Below, piece after piece: positions 25,182-32,000 of a stretch of DNA of 32,000 nt. A program made the translations under genes and the position numbers. The stretch's first letter is position 1, and every line of letters begins with the position of its first letter. The stretch comes from Patescibacteria group bacterium. Lineage in GTDB: Bacteria; Patescibacteriota; Patescibacteriia; 2-01-FULL-39-33. The notes beneath the pieces are model-generated. The model saw only the letters and a program-made list of their open reading frames with translations, searched no databases and had not been told where the DNA came from. Location: contig JBAZMW010000005.1 in assembly GCA_041649575.1 (NCBI GenBank), positions 81,687 to 113,686 of the forward strand, in the 5' to 3' direction.

Positions 25182-27692
25182 ATGTCTTACCGCAAGAAAA
25201 AAAGAAATAAATTAAAATTTCTGGGAAAAAATAGGAAGACCGGTTATTCAAATTTATCCGATTTGGACGACCTTGGTTTTGGCAAAAGTTGGCGAAGCGG
25301 AAATCATTGGCAAGTCGGTTCGGAAACCAAAAAAGGAATTTTTATCATAATTTTATTTTTACTGGCGGCCTTGAGTCTGCTGGGGTTGTTCGATTTATCT
25401 GGTGAATTTGGCCGAGTAATTGTCCATATTTTATCTTTGATTTTTGGCGGTCTGAATTGGTTGTTTCCGGTTTTAGCGATTATTTTGGGCTATTTTTTGC
25501 TGCGGCCGGAAAAGTACCAAGTTAGAATAATTAATTATATCGGCGGGATCCTGCTGGTTTTGGGGGCAACCTCATTGTGGCATTTGTGGTATTTGCGGCA
25601 GGGTTTTTTAAAGCCGCTCGCCTTGGCCAAAGAAGGCTTGGGTGGCGGTTTTGCCGGCTTTGTCCTATCGGCCCCTTTATTGAACTTCATGGGCCTCTGG
25701 GGAGCAGCAGCTGTCTGTTTGGCGATACTATTGGTTGGTATTTTATTAACTTTTGAAACCTCGCTCTACGGGTTAATGTGGCCTATTAGGCTGTTGGGGT
25801 TTCTGGGCTCAAGAATAAAAGAGTTTTATCTGGTGGCCAGAGAGAATTCCGGCCAGAGAATCATTAGCGCCGAGGATGATTATGAGGAGAGCGAGGAGGA
25901 GAAAGATTTGAGCCCTCAGGAAGAAAACGAAGAAGAAAGAGAAGAAAGCACAGGCGAAGAAGAAAATGAACCGCAATTTAAAAGAAAGGAAATAGCGCAA
26001 AAGTCAGAGGAAGAAGCTATTGTCAAACCAAAAAAATTCGGCAGAAAAATTGAATTGCCAATTAGTTTGCTGACTGCCAGGCCGACCAAGCCGACCAGCG
26101 GCGATATCAAAGCCAACCAGGAAATAATCAGAAAAACTTTGGCTAACTTTGGCATCGAAGTGGAAATGGGGGACGTCAACATCGGACCGACGGTGACGCA
26201 ATATACTCTGCGGCCGGCAGACGGGGTCAAGCTCTCGCGAATTATTGTTTTAAACAGCGACCTGGCCCTGGCTTTGGCGGCTCACCCAATTAGGATCGAG
26301 GCGCCCATACCCGGCAAATCATTAGTGGGCATTGAAGTGCCCAACAAGCTGGCGGCTCGTGTGACCATGGGCGAGCTTTTATCCAGCCGCGAGTTTCAGC
26401 AGAGAAGCAATAATCTGTTTATTTCTCTGGGCAAGGATGTTAGCGGCAAAGCTTGTTTTGCCCAGCTAGATCGGATGCCGCATCTTTTGATAGCCGGCGC
26501 CACCGGTTCTGGCAAATCAGTTTGTATTAATTCTATAATTGTCAGCCTGTTATATCAGAATAGTCCCGATGATCTAAAATTTATTTTGGTCGATCCCAAG
26601 AGAGTGGAATTGCCGATTTATAATAATATCCCTTATCTGCTGACCCCGGTGATTACTGATGTCAAAAAAACCATTAACGCGCTTAAATGGACTATTGTCG
26701 AAATGGAAAAGCGTTTTGAATTGTTATCAAGGATGGGTAAAAGAAATATTGCCGCTTATAATCAAGCTGCCACCGATAAGTTGCCTTATATTATTTTTAT
26801 TATTGATGAGCTGGCTGATTTGATGAGTACGGCTGCTAACGACGTGGAGGCGGGAATAGTGCGTTTGGCGCAGATGGCGCGAGCGGTTGGCATTCATTTA
26901 ATTTTGGCGACTCAAAGGCCATCAGTCGAGGTAATTACCGGACTTATCAAGGCCAATATACCGGCTCGGGTTGCTTTTTCGGTGGCCTCGCTAATTGATT
27001 CGCGAACCATTTTAGACAGCTCGGGAGCGGAGAAACTGGTTGGCCGCGGCGACATGCTTTTCCTGGGACCGGAAATTAGCAAGCCCAAAAGAATTCAGGG
27101 CGTGTTTATGTCCGACCAGGAGATAAAGAGCGTGGTGGATTATATCAGGTGTCAGGGAGAGGCCAATTATTTGGAAGAGATAGTCGAGCGGCCGGCCGTC
27201 GGCAGTTTTTCCGGTGGCGCTTTTGCCTCCGACGACGGCGATCCGCTGATGGGTGAAGCCAAAGAAATTATTCGCCAGTCGGGCAAGGCCTCGGCTTCGC
27301 TGTTGCAGCGCAGGCTCAAGCTCGGCTATGCCCGGGCGGCCAGAATCCTGGATTTATTGGAGGAGGAAGGGGTGATCGGGCCGGCCGATGGCGCCAAACC
27401 GCGTGAAGTGTTTTTGGACAAACTGGGCGGGGTTGATGCTTTGAATTTCGCTGCTCGCGAGCATGATTTGACCGGAGAATTGGTCGAGGCGGAAGAATTT
27501 GAAGAAGAAACCGAGGGTGAAAACACGGTTTTCGACAGCGAAGCGGCGGAAGACCTCGAGGCTGCGGAGGAGGAAGAGGAAGAGGAGAAGGAAGAAGAAG
27601 AGGAGGAAGATAAAATTGAACCGAAAGAAAATATGAGACAGAACGGCGCTGATAAAAAAGCGAAGAATTTTGCCGATGACGAATGGACCTAA
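25182..27692 (+). CDS. ftsK: DNA translocase FtsK
   Basis: Four N-terminal TM helices and an acidic linker. Motor domain with Walker A LIAGATGSGKSV and Walker B IIFIIDELADL. Gamma winged-helix ASASLLQRRLKLGYARAARILDLLEEEGVIGP. Start placed at ATG 25182 (MSYRKKKRN), which avoids overlap with the upstream gene; the track start 25134 is less likely. Confidence 0.92.
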   Translation: MSYRKKKRNKLKFLGKNRKTGYSNLSDLDDLGFGKSWRSGNHWQVGSETKKGIFIIILFLLAALSLLGLFDLSGEFGRVIVHILSLIFGGLNWLFPVLAIILGYFLLRPEKYQVRIINYIGGILLVLGATSLWHLWYLRQGFLKPLALAKEGLGGGFAGFVLSAPLLNFMGLWGAAAVCLAILLVGILLTFETSLYGLMWPIRLLGFLGSRIKEFYLVARENSGQRIISAEDDYEESEEEKDLSPQEENEEEREESTGEEENEPQFKRKEIAQKSEEEAIVKPKKFGRKIELPISLLTARPTKPTSGDIKANQEIIRKTLANFGIEVEMGDVNIGPTVTQYTLRPADGVKLSRIIVLNSDLALALAAHPIRIEAPIPGKSLVGIEVPNKLAARVTMGELLSSREFQQRSNNLFISLGKDVSGKACFAQLDRMPHLLIAGATGSGKSVCINSIIVSLLYQNSPDDLKFILVDPKRVELPIYNNIPYLLTPVITDVKKTINALKWTIVEMEKRFELLSRMGKRNIAAYNQAATDKLPYIIFIIDELADLMSTAANDVEAGIVRLAQMARAVGIHLILATQRPSVEVITGLIKANIPARVAFSVASLIDSRTILDSSGAEKLVGRGDMLFLGPEISKPKRIQGVFMSDQEIKSVVDYIRCQGEANYLEEIVERPAVGSFSGGAFASDDGDPLMGEAKEIIRQSGKASASLLQRRLKLGYARAARILDLLEEEGVIGPADGAKPREVFLDKLGGVDALNFAAREHDLTGELVEAEEFEEETEGENTVFDSEAAEDLEAAEEEEEEEKEEEEEEDKIEPKENMRQNGADKKAKNFADDEWT

Positions 27693-27702
27693 TTATTATT
27701 TT

Positions 27703-28368
27703 ATGAATCATTTTATCAGTAATCGGATTGTCCGGGGGAAAACTCTAGGCGACAAACTAAGCGAGGCCAGAGAAGATCGCGATGTGAGCTTGGAAAAAGC
27801 GGCCAAAGATTTGAATATTTCTTATAAATATTTGTTAGCGCTGGAAGAAAATAAATTATCAGACTTGCCGGGCCGAGCTTATGTTAGAAATTTTTTGAAA
27901 CTTTATTGCGCTTATCTTAAATTGAATTTTAATGACTGCTGGCAAGCGGCCCGGGAGCTAGAAACCATAGAGTCGGTCAAACGCCAAGGCACCATTAATA
28001 AAAAAATTTTTTTCGCCTGGCCCAGGCTTATCAGGCGGTTGCTATTGGTGTTTTTGGTAGCAGCGGTTTTTGTGTTTTTGGTTTTCAAGGTCCAGGAAAT
28101 TTTTGCTCCGCCACCTTTGACGATAAACACACCCAAAGACGGATCCATGATAGCCGATAAGCAAGTTCAGATTATTGGCAAATCGCAGCCGGAAGTGGAA
28201 ATTCTAATCAATAATAAAAATATTTTTGTGGATAAGAATGGGGAATTTAAGACTACGGCCGACTTGCAAAAGGGATTAAATTTGATTAAGATAACAGCGA
28301 AGAAGAGATACAGCCGGACCAGCGAAACGTTAATCAGGGTGCTTTTAACGGAAGCCCAAACGCCGTAA
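27703..28368 (+). CDS. RodZ-like helix-turn-helix membrane protein
   Basis: N-terminal Xre-type HTH LGDKLSEAREDRDVSLEKAAKDLNISYKYLLALEENKLSDLPGRAYVRNFLKLYCAYL. A single TM LLLVFLVAAVFVFLVF and an extracytoplasmic beta-rich C-domain. ATG 27703 lies just after the ftsK stop; the track start 27670 overlaps ftsK. Confidence 0.7.
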   Translation: MNHFISNRIVRGKTLGDKLSEAREDRDVSLEKAAKDLNISYKYLLALEENKLSDLPGRAYVRNFLKLYCAYLKLNFNDCWQAARELETIESVKRQGTINKKIFFAWPRLIRRLLLVFLVAAVFVFLVFKVQEIFAPPPLTINTPKDGSMIADKQVQIIGKSQPEVEILINNKNIFVDKNGEFKTTADLQKGLNLIKITAKKRYSRTSETLIRVLLTEAQTP

Positions 28369-28394
28369 TTAAAAAATAAATAATTATTCAATTT

Positions 28395-29459
28395 ATGCCC
28401 AAGAAGACCGCGGAAGGAGGAGAAATTTCTGAAAAATTACAAGCCGTAGAATCGGCAATTAGCCAGATAAAAGATCGTTTTGGCGATGGTTCGATTATGA
28501 AGTTTGGTGAAGCCAGAATAATGCAGGTGGACGCGGTTTCTACTGGCTGCCTGTCGCTGGACATTGCTTTAGGCGTGGGCGGTGTGCCTCGCGGCAGAAT
28601 CGTGGAGATTTTTGGTCCGGAGGCGTCCGGCAAAACCACCTTGGCCCAACACATTGTGGCCGAAGTACAAAAAATGGGAGGCATCGCGGCTTTTGTCGAT
28701 GCCGAACACGCGCTTGACCCGGATTACGCCAAAAAGATCGGTGTCAAAGTGGACGAGCTGCTGATTTCCCAGCCGGATACCGGCGAGCAGGCTCTGGAAA
28801 TAGTGGAGACTCTGGTGCGTTCCAATGCGGTGGACGTGGTGGTGGTAGACAGTGTGGCGGCTTTGGTGCCTAAGGCGGAAATCGAAGGGGATATGGGCGA
28901 CCAGCACATGGGACTACAGGCCCGGCTGATGAGTCAGGCGCTAAGAAAGTTAACCGCCGCGATTTCCAAAAGCCGGACAGTTTTGATATTCATTAATCAG
29001 ACCAGGCAGAAGATCGGTGTTTTTTTTGGCAATCCCGAAACCACTACCGGCGGTATGGCACTCAAATTTTATTCCTCGGTAAGAATCGAAGTGCGGCGCA
29101 GCGCCCAGATCAAACAAGGCGAGAAACACATCGGCAATCGGGTGAAAGTCAAAATAGTCAAAAATAAAGTGGCGCCGCCATTTCAAACTTGCGAGTTTGA
29201 TATTATGTATAATGAGGGCATTTCTCTCTCGGGCGACCTCCTAGATATCGGGGTGGAAAAAGGAGTGATTAAAAAGTCTGGCAATTCCTATTCTTTCGGC
29301 GAAGAAAAATTAGGCAGCGGCAGGGAAAACGCCAAGTCTTATCTAAGAGTCAATCCCAAACTAATGAAGCTTATTAGACAAACGGTTTGGGAAGAAGTGG
29401 AGCAAGCCAAGAGCGAAGACAAAACAGCCGGTACTTCGGCGGTCTCCGAAAACGAATAA
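28395..29459 (+). CDS. recA: Recombinase RecA
   Basis: Walker [64 protein letters not shown]. 354 aa. Confidence 0.98.
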   Translation: MPKKTAEGGEISEKLQAVESAISQIKDRFGDGSIMKFGEARIMQVDAVSTGCLSLDIALGVGGVPRGRIVEIFGPEASGKTTLAQHIVAEVQKMGGIAAFVDAEHALDPDYAKKIGVKVDELLISQPDTGEQALEIVETLVRSNAVDVVVVDSVAALVPKAEIEGDMGDQHMGLQARLMSQALRKLTAAISKSRTVLIFINQTRQKIGVFFGNPETTTGGMALKFYSSVRIEVRRSAQIKQGEKHIGNRVKVKIVKNKVAPPFQTCEFDIMYNEGISLSGDLLDIGVEKGVIKKSGNSYSFGEEKLGSGRENAKSYLRVNPKLMKLIRQTVWEEVEQAKSEDKTAGTSAVSENE

Positions 29460-29473
29460 ATTTGGAAATTACA

Positions 29474-29505
29474 AAAAGCCTCCCGATTATAGTCGGGAGG
29501 CTTTT
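29474..29505. terminator. Bidirectional intrinsic terminator between convergent recA and efp
   Basis: AAAAGCCTCCCGA / TCGGGAGGCTTTT perfect inverted repeat with loop TTATAG. A-run and T-run arms give a U-tract in both directions. Confidence 0.85.
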
Positions 29506-29517
29506 GAATATAATTTT

Positions 29518-30081
29518 TTAAACCCTTTCCACATACTGGCCGGTTTCAGTGTTGATTCTGACAACGTCGCCTTCCTTGATAAAAAGCGGCACCTGAACGC
29601 TAAGGCCGGTTTCCAGTTCGGCGGTTTTGGTCACTCTTCCTTGAGCGCTGTTGCCTTTGACGCCCTCGGGAGCGGAGACAACTTTCAGCTCCACCTTAGG
29701 CAACAGGGAGACGGAGACCGGGTTACCGTTAAAATACAAGGCATCCACTTTATCGCCTTCTTTGAGATAATTGGTCTGATCGCCCAAAGAATCCTGGCTA
29801 ATGGAAAATTGGTCAAAGTCGTCTTGGGACATGAAAAAATAATTTTCTCCGTCATTATAAAGATAATCGGCTTTTTTGCGGGTCAGGTCGGCTTCTTCGA
29901 GGCGGTCGCCCGGATGGAAGTTGACTTCCGCCACCTTGCCATTGAGCAGATTTTTCAGCTTGGTCTGCATCACCGGTTTTCTTTGTTGCATCCGAACAAA
30001 GCGGGCTTCAACCACTACATAAGGCTCGTTTTCATAGAGGAGATTCAGCCCTTTTTTGATTTCATTCAAAGTTGACAGCAT
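29518..30081 (-). CDS. efp: Translation elongation factor P (divergent tip loop)
   Basis: 187 aa. GLNLLYENEPYVVVEARFV aligns with the EF-P N-terminal KOW-like domain and is followed by OB domains. The loop reads RMQQRKP where KPGKG/KPGRG is expected. Confidence 0.9.
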   Translation of the reverse strand: MLSTLNEIKKGLNLLYENEPYVVVEARFVRMQQRKPVMQTKLKNLLNGKVAEVNFHPGDRLEEADLTRKKADYLYNDGENYFFMSQDDFDQFSISQDSLGDQTNYLKEGDKVDALYFNGNPVSVSLLPKVELKVVSAPEGVKGNSAQGRVTKTAELETGLSVQVPLFIKEGDVVRINTETGQYVERV

Positions 30082-30126
30082 GATTTTGGTATCTAGTTTG
30101 TAGTCAGTAGCCGGTAGGTTAATGGT

Positions 30127-30363
30127 CTATTTTGTGACAAAAGGCAAAATAGCCATGATGCGAGCGCGCTTGATGGCTTCGGCCAGTTTTTGCTGGTGCT
30201 TATGACAAACGCCGCTTCTTTTGCGCGGTACGATTTTGGAATAAGAAGAAATAAAACGCCTCAAGGTTGATTGATCTTTATAATCAATATATTTTATGTT
30301 GTTGGCGCAGAAGAAACAATATTTGTCGATTTTATTGAGAGAAGTGGTTTTTTTCTTGTCCAT
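30127..30363 (-). CDS. rpsR: 30S ribosomal protein bS18
   Basis: CFFCANNIKYIDYKDQSTLRRFISSYSKIVPRKRSGVCHKHQQKLAEAIKRARIMAILPF is the bS18 signature. It starts 6 nt after the ssb stop. Confidence 0.95.
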   Translation of the reverse strand: MDKKKTTSLNKIDKYCFFCANNIKYIDYKDQSTLRRFISSYSKIVPRKRSGVCHKHQQKLAEAIKRARIMAILPFVTK

Positions 30364-30369
30364 AAGATA

Positions 30370-30819
30370 TTAAAATGGTATGTCTTCAATTTTTATTTCT
30401 TCTTCGGTGTCGGCCGACGGAGCGCTGACCCGGGGCGCGGTGTTGGCGCTGGAGCTGTAGCCACCGGCAGGAGCTTCGCTGCTGGCGCCGCCCAGGCGCG
30501 GTCCGAGCTGAATATTCTCGGCAATAATTTCTGTTTTCCAGTGGCGGTTGCCGCTCTGGTCGTCCCAGCTTCTGGTTTGCAGGCGTCCTTCCACCATACA
30601 CAAGCGGCCTTTGGCCAAATATTGGCCGACAATTTCCGCCAATCGTCCCCAGGCGACGACGTTATGAAACTCCGCTTGTTCCTGGCGCTGGCCGCTTTTA
30701 TCGGTCCAGACGCGGTTGGTGGCGACGGTGAAGGAGGACACGGATTGTCCGCCGGGAGTATTCCTCACTTCCGGGTCTTGGGTGAGGTTACCGATGATAA
30801 TCGCTTTGTTGAGATTCAT
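30370..30819 (-). CDS. ssb: Single-stranded DNA-binding protein
   Basis: OB-fold MNLNKAIIIGNLTQDPEVRNTPGG...FHNVVAWGRLAE, a Gly/Ala/Ser/Pro-rich linker, and acidic tip EEEIKIEDIPF. Confidence 0.95.
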   Translation of the reverse strand: MNLNKAIIIGNLTQDPEVRNTPGGQSVSSFTVATNRVWTDKSGQRQEQAEFHNVVAWGRLAEIVGQYLAKGRLCMVEGRLQTRSWDDQSGNRHWKTEIIAENIQLGPRLGGASSEAPAGGYSSSANTAPRVSAPSADTEEEIKIEDIPF

Positions 30820-30855
30820 ACAGCTTGTTGTTAATTTTTAATTAGCCCGAGTTAA

Positions 30856-31329
30856 TTATAAAATATTATCGTCTTTGAGCATTTCATCAAGCTTTTCGTC
30901 CAGGTTTTCGATGCTGATTTTTTTGCTTTTGGCGTCATCCTTGTCTTTGGGCGCTTTTTCTTTGATAACTTCGTCTTTATTTAGCGGAGCGTTTATTCGT
31001 GGCCGGCTTGATCTGGCCTTAGCCAGCTCCTCCCGGATGTTTTTGGGTCTAGTGATGATTTGCGCTCTTAAAATTTCTTTATCCAAATTCAAATCATTAA
31101 CAAGCCCCTTTAAGGCGCTGGCGTCTTCCATTTCGAATTCAGTGACCAGATAGTAGCCGTGCAAAGCTTTTTTGATCGGGTAGGCCAAGCGTTTTTTGCC
31201 AAAATTTTCATTATAACCAATCAGACCGCCGTATTTTTTTATTAAGCCGTCGACTTTGGTTTTGATTTTTTCTGCCTCATCGTCGGTGTATTGGTTGGAG
31301 ACGATGTAGAGCAATTCATAGTTGGTCAT
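30856..31329 (-). CDS. rpsF: 30S ribosomal protein bS6 with Lys/Asp-rich C-terminal extension
   Basis: MTNYELLYIVSNQYTDDEAE...LAYPIKKALHGYYLVTEFE is the bS6 pattern. Start placed at ATG 31329. The track start 31362 is a TTG that adds 11 non-conserved residues. Confidence 0.9.
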   Translation of the reverse strand: MTNYELLYIVSNQYTDDEAEKIKTKVDGLIKKYGGLIGYNENFGKKRLAYPIKKALHGYYLVTEFEMEDASALKGLVNDLNLDKEILRAQIITRPKNIREELAKARSSRPRINAPLNKDEVIKEKAPKDKDDAKSKKISIENLDEKLDEMLKDDNIL

Positions 31330-31470
31330 AAGTTGTTGGTGTTTTTTAAAAATCCCAGGCAAACCCGGGAGTCAGACAGGCGTGCCTTTTCCCAGCTTAG
31401 GTTTTCGCCAATTGGCGTACCGCCGGGATAATGCCCAAAAGGGCGGGGAAAGACAATGTTTGAATTGTTA
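31330..31470 (-). promoter_or_regulatory. Structured GC-rich 5' leader of the rpsF-ssb-rpsR operon (candidate S6:S18 autoregulatory leader)
   Basis: The - strand leader contains mutually exclusive GC hairpins (GCCC-UUUU-GGGC, GGCG-GUA-CGCC, CGCC-AAUU-GGCG, CUGGGA...UCCCGG) in an otherwise AT-rich intergenic context. The identity with the described rpsF leader motif was not verified. Confidence 0.25.
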
Positions 31471-31475
31471 TCATT

Positions 31476-31503
31476 AGTTTAGCACAAAAAATATAAAAGT
31501 CAA
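31476..31503 (-). promoter_or_regulatory. Candidate rpsF operon promoter TTGACT-16 nt-TAAACT with TG extension
   Basis: The - strand reads TTGACT (plus 31498-31503), a 16-nt spacer ending TGC, then TAAACT (plus 31476-31481). Confidence 0.45.
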
Positions 31504-31505
31504 GG

Positions 31506-31534
31506 TTGACATAAAAAAATATAGTTAGTATGAT
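31506..31534 (+). promoter_or_regulatory. Promoter TTGACA-17 nt-TATGAT for the 3'-edge gene
   Basis: TTGACA at 31506-31511 and TATGAT at 31529-31534. Its -35 is separated by 2 nt from the divergent rpsF -35 (AGTCAAGGTTGACA). Confidence 0.5.
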
Positions 31535-31707
31535 TAAATATCAAAGTTCTTTAAATAACAATGGTTTTGGTTTGGCCACGGCGAAAAGTGTCTAAAACAG
31601 GCGTTTTTCGCTGTGGCAAAGCTAGTCAGGGCCAAGCCGAAAAGTCCAAGCAGGGACAACAGCTAAAAAAAGCGGTCAGCTAAGGCGGCCGCGCGGAGGA
31701 ACAGAAC

Positions 31708-32000
31708 ATGAATAAGGGTTCGGATTTCAGCCCGGGATTACGAGCGAAGTTTGTGAAGGCGTTTGCGGCGGCGGGAGGTACGCCGATGATATTGAATGCC
31801 TTGGCGGAAGGTGATGTGTTGCTTCGAAACATCATCTTGGTTTGGCAAGGCACTCACGTCATCGTACCCGTCAATATGGTTAACAATTTCACCCTCGACA
31901 TCGACCACTCGTTCACCCGTGAGCAGTTGCGCGAGGCCATCGCCTGCGACTGGGTTGACGGCGACTTCACCGAAGCCAACGTCCCCCTGCCCACCGAAGA
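31708..32000 (+). CDS. Hypothetical protein, N-terminal 97 codons (runs off window end)
   Basis: ATG at 31708 with GGAGG 8 nt upstream. The frame is open to base 32000 (MNKGSDFSPGLRAKFVKAFAAAGGTPMILNALAEGDVLLRNIILVWQGTHVIVPVNMVNNFTLDIDHSFTREQLREAIACDWVDGDFTEANVPLPTE). It is absent from the ORF track because it has no stop in the window. No family recognised. Confidence 0.55.
   Translation, partial: MNKGSDFSPGLRAKFVKAFAAAGGTPMILNALAEGDVLLRNIILVWQGTHVIVPVNMVNNFTLDIDHSFTREQLREAIACDWVDGDFTEANVPLPTE

Noticed and set aside
25809-27711. Antisense ORFs opposite the acidic tracts of ftsK (25809..26000-, 25916..26230-, 27316..27711-)
   Set aside because: GAR purine tracts give long open Phe/Ser/Leu/Pro-rich antisense frames. 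FtsK motifs are unambiguous on the + strand.
28388-29186. ORFs antisense to or in an alternate frame within recA (28388..28684-, 28569..28907-, 28582..28764+, 28724..28909-, 28950..29186-)
   Set aside because: RecA is full length and canonical. These are shadow frames.
29641-30075. 144-aa ORF antisense to efp
   Set aside because: It is completely contained in the EF-P CDS on the opposite strand, with no motifs.
30271-30834. 187-aa + strand ORF spanning rpsR and ssb, and the 71-79 aa alternate-frame ORFs at 30386..30632(-)
   Set aside because: The 187-aa ORF lies opposite the conserved bS18 and SSB genes, and the smaller ORFs are alternate frames of ssb. The Gly/Ala/Arg-rich sequence derives from the GC-rich SSB linker.
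31330-31362. TTG start at 31362 extending bS6 by 11 aa (MPGIFKKHQQL)
   Set aside because: bS6 proteins begin M-x-x-YE. ATG 31329 gives MTNYELLYIV. The extension overlaps the structured leader.
1-32000. Search by eye for tRNA, rRNA, tmRNA, RNase P or SRP RNA genes in the intergenic regions (718-1018, 3438-3553, 5641-6019, 13216-13409, 18528-18777, 31363-31707)
   Set aside because: No cloverleaf-compatible sequence or conserved RNA signature was recognised (for example the SRP GGAA-tetraloop helix 8 or T-loop GTTCRANYC). An AGCAGCC string at about 788-794 (- strand) resembles part of SRP helix 8, but the surrounding loop does not match. Only a covariance-model scan can be definitive.

Overview
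The window looks like a compact, moderately AT-rich genome segment, probably from a Patescibacteria/CPR-like bacterium. That assignment is inferred from gene content and style and cannot be verified here. Housekeeping genes on the + strand are the ileS 3' end, ruvA, a MurE-like ligase, rpoB-rpoC, ftsK, a RodZ-like HTH membrane protein and recA. On the - strand are typA/bipA, a DedA membrane protein, efp and the rpsF-ssb-rpsR operon. No tRNA, rRNA, CRISPR array, transposase or integrase was recognised. The main anomaly is an ~11.9 kb accessory island between the strong rpoC terminator (13235-13260) and ftsK (25182). It holds two modules, each led by a ~65 aa excisionase-family (HTH_17/MerR-like) DNA-binding paralog. 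Module 1 encodes a signal-peptide beta-rich protein (238 aa), an Ig-like protein with a C-terminal anchor that resembles DUF916/CscA (319 aa), and a 1067 aa FN3 plus CarboxypepD_reg polytopic membrane protein. Module 2 encodes a 2046 aa N-terminally anchored fibre built from tail-fibre-like repeats. It contains a Peptidase_S74-type intramolecular chaperone domain followed by an unexpected ~215 aa lectin-like, Pro-rich extension, and its DNA carries ~390-430 bp internal segmental duplications. I interpret the island as a regulator-led cell-surface fibre/adhesion system that I cannot match to a described system. Secondary observations: an untracked 42-codon gene on the - strand with its own promoter, SD and terminator (721-976); an EF-P lacking the canonical PGKG/PGRG tip loop; a putative attenuator with uORF upstream of the second HTH gene; a coiled-coil-like insertion in RpoC; back-to-back divergent promoters at 31.5 kb; and a compositionally foreign partial ORF at the 3' edge of the window.
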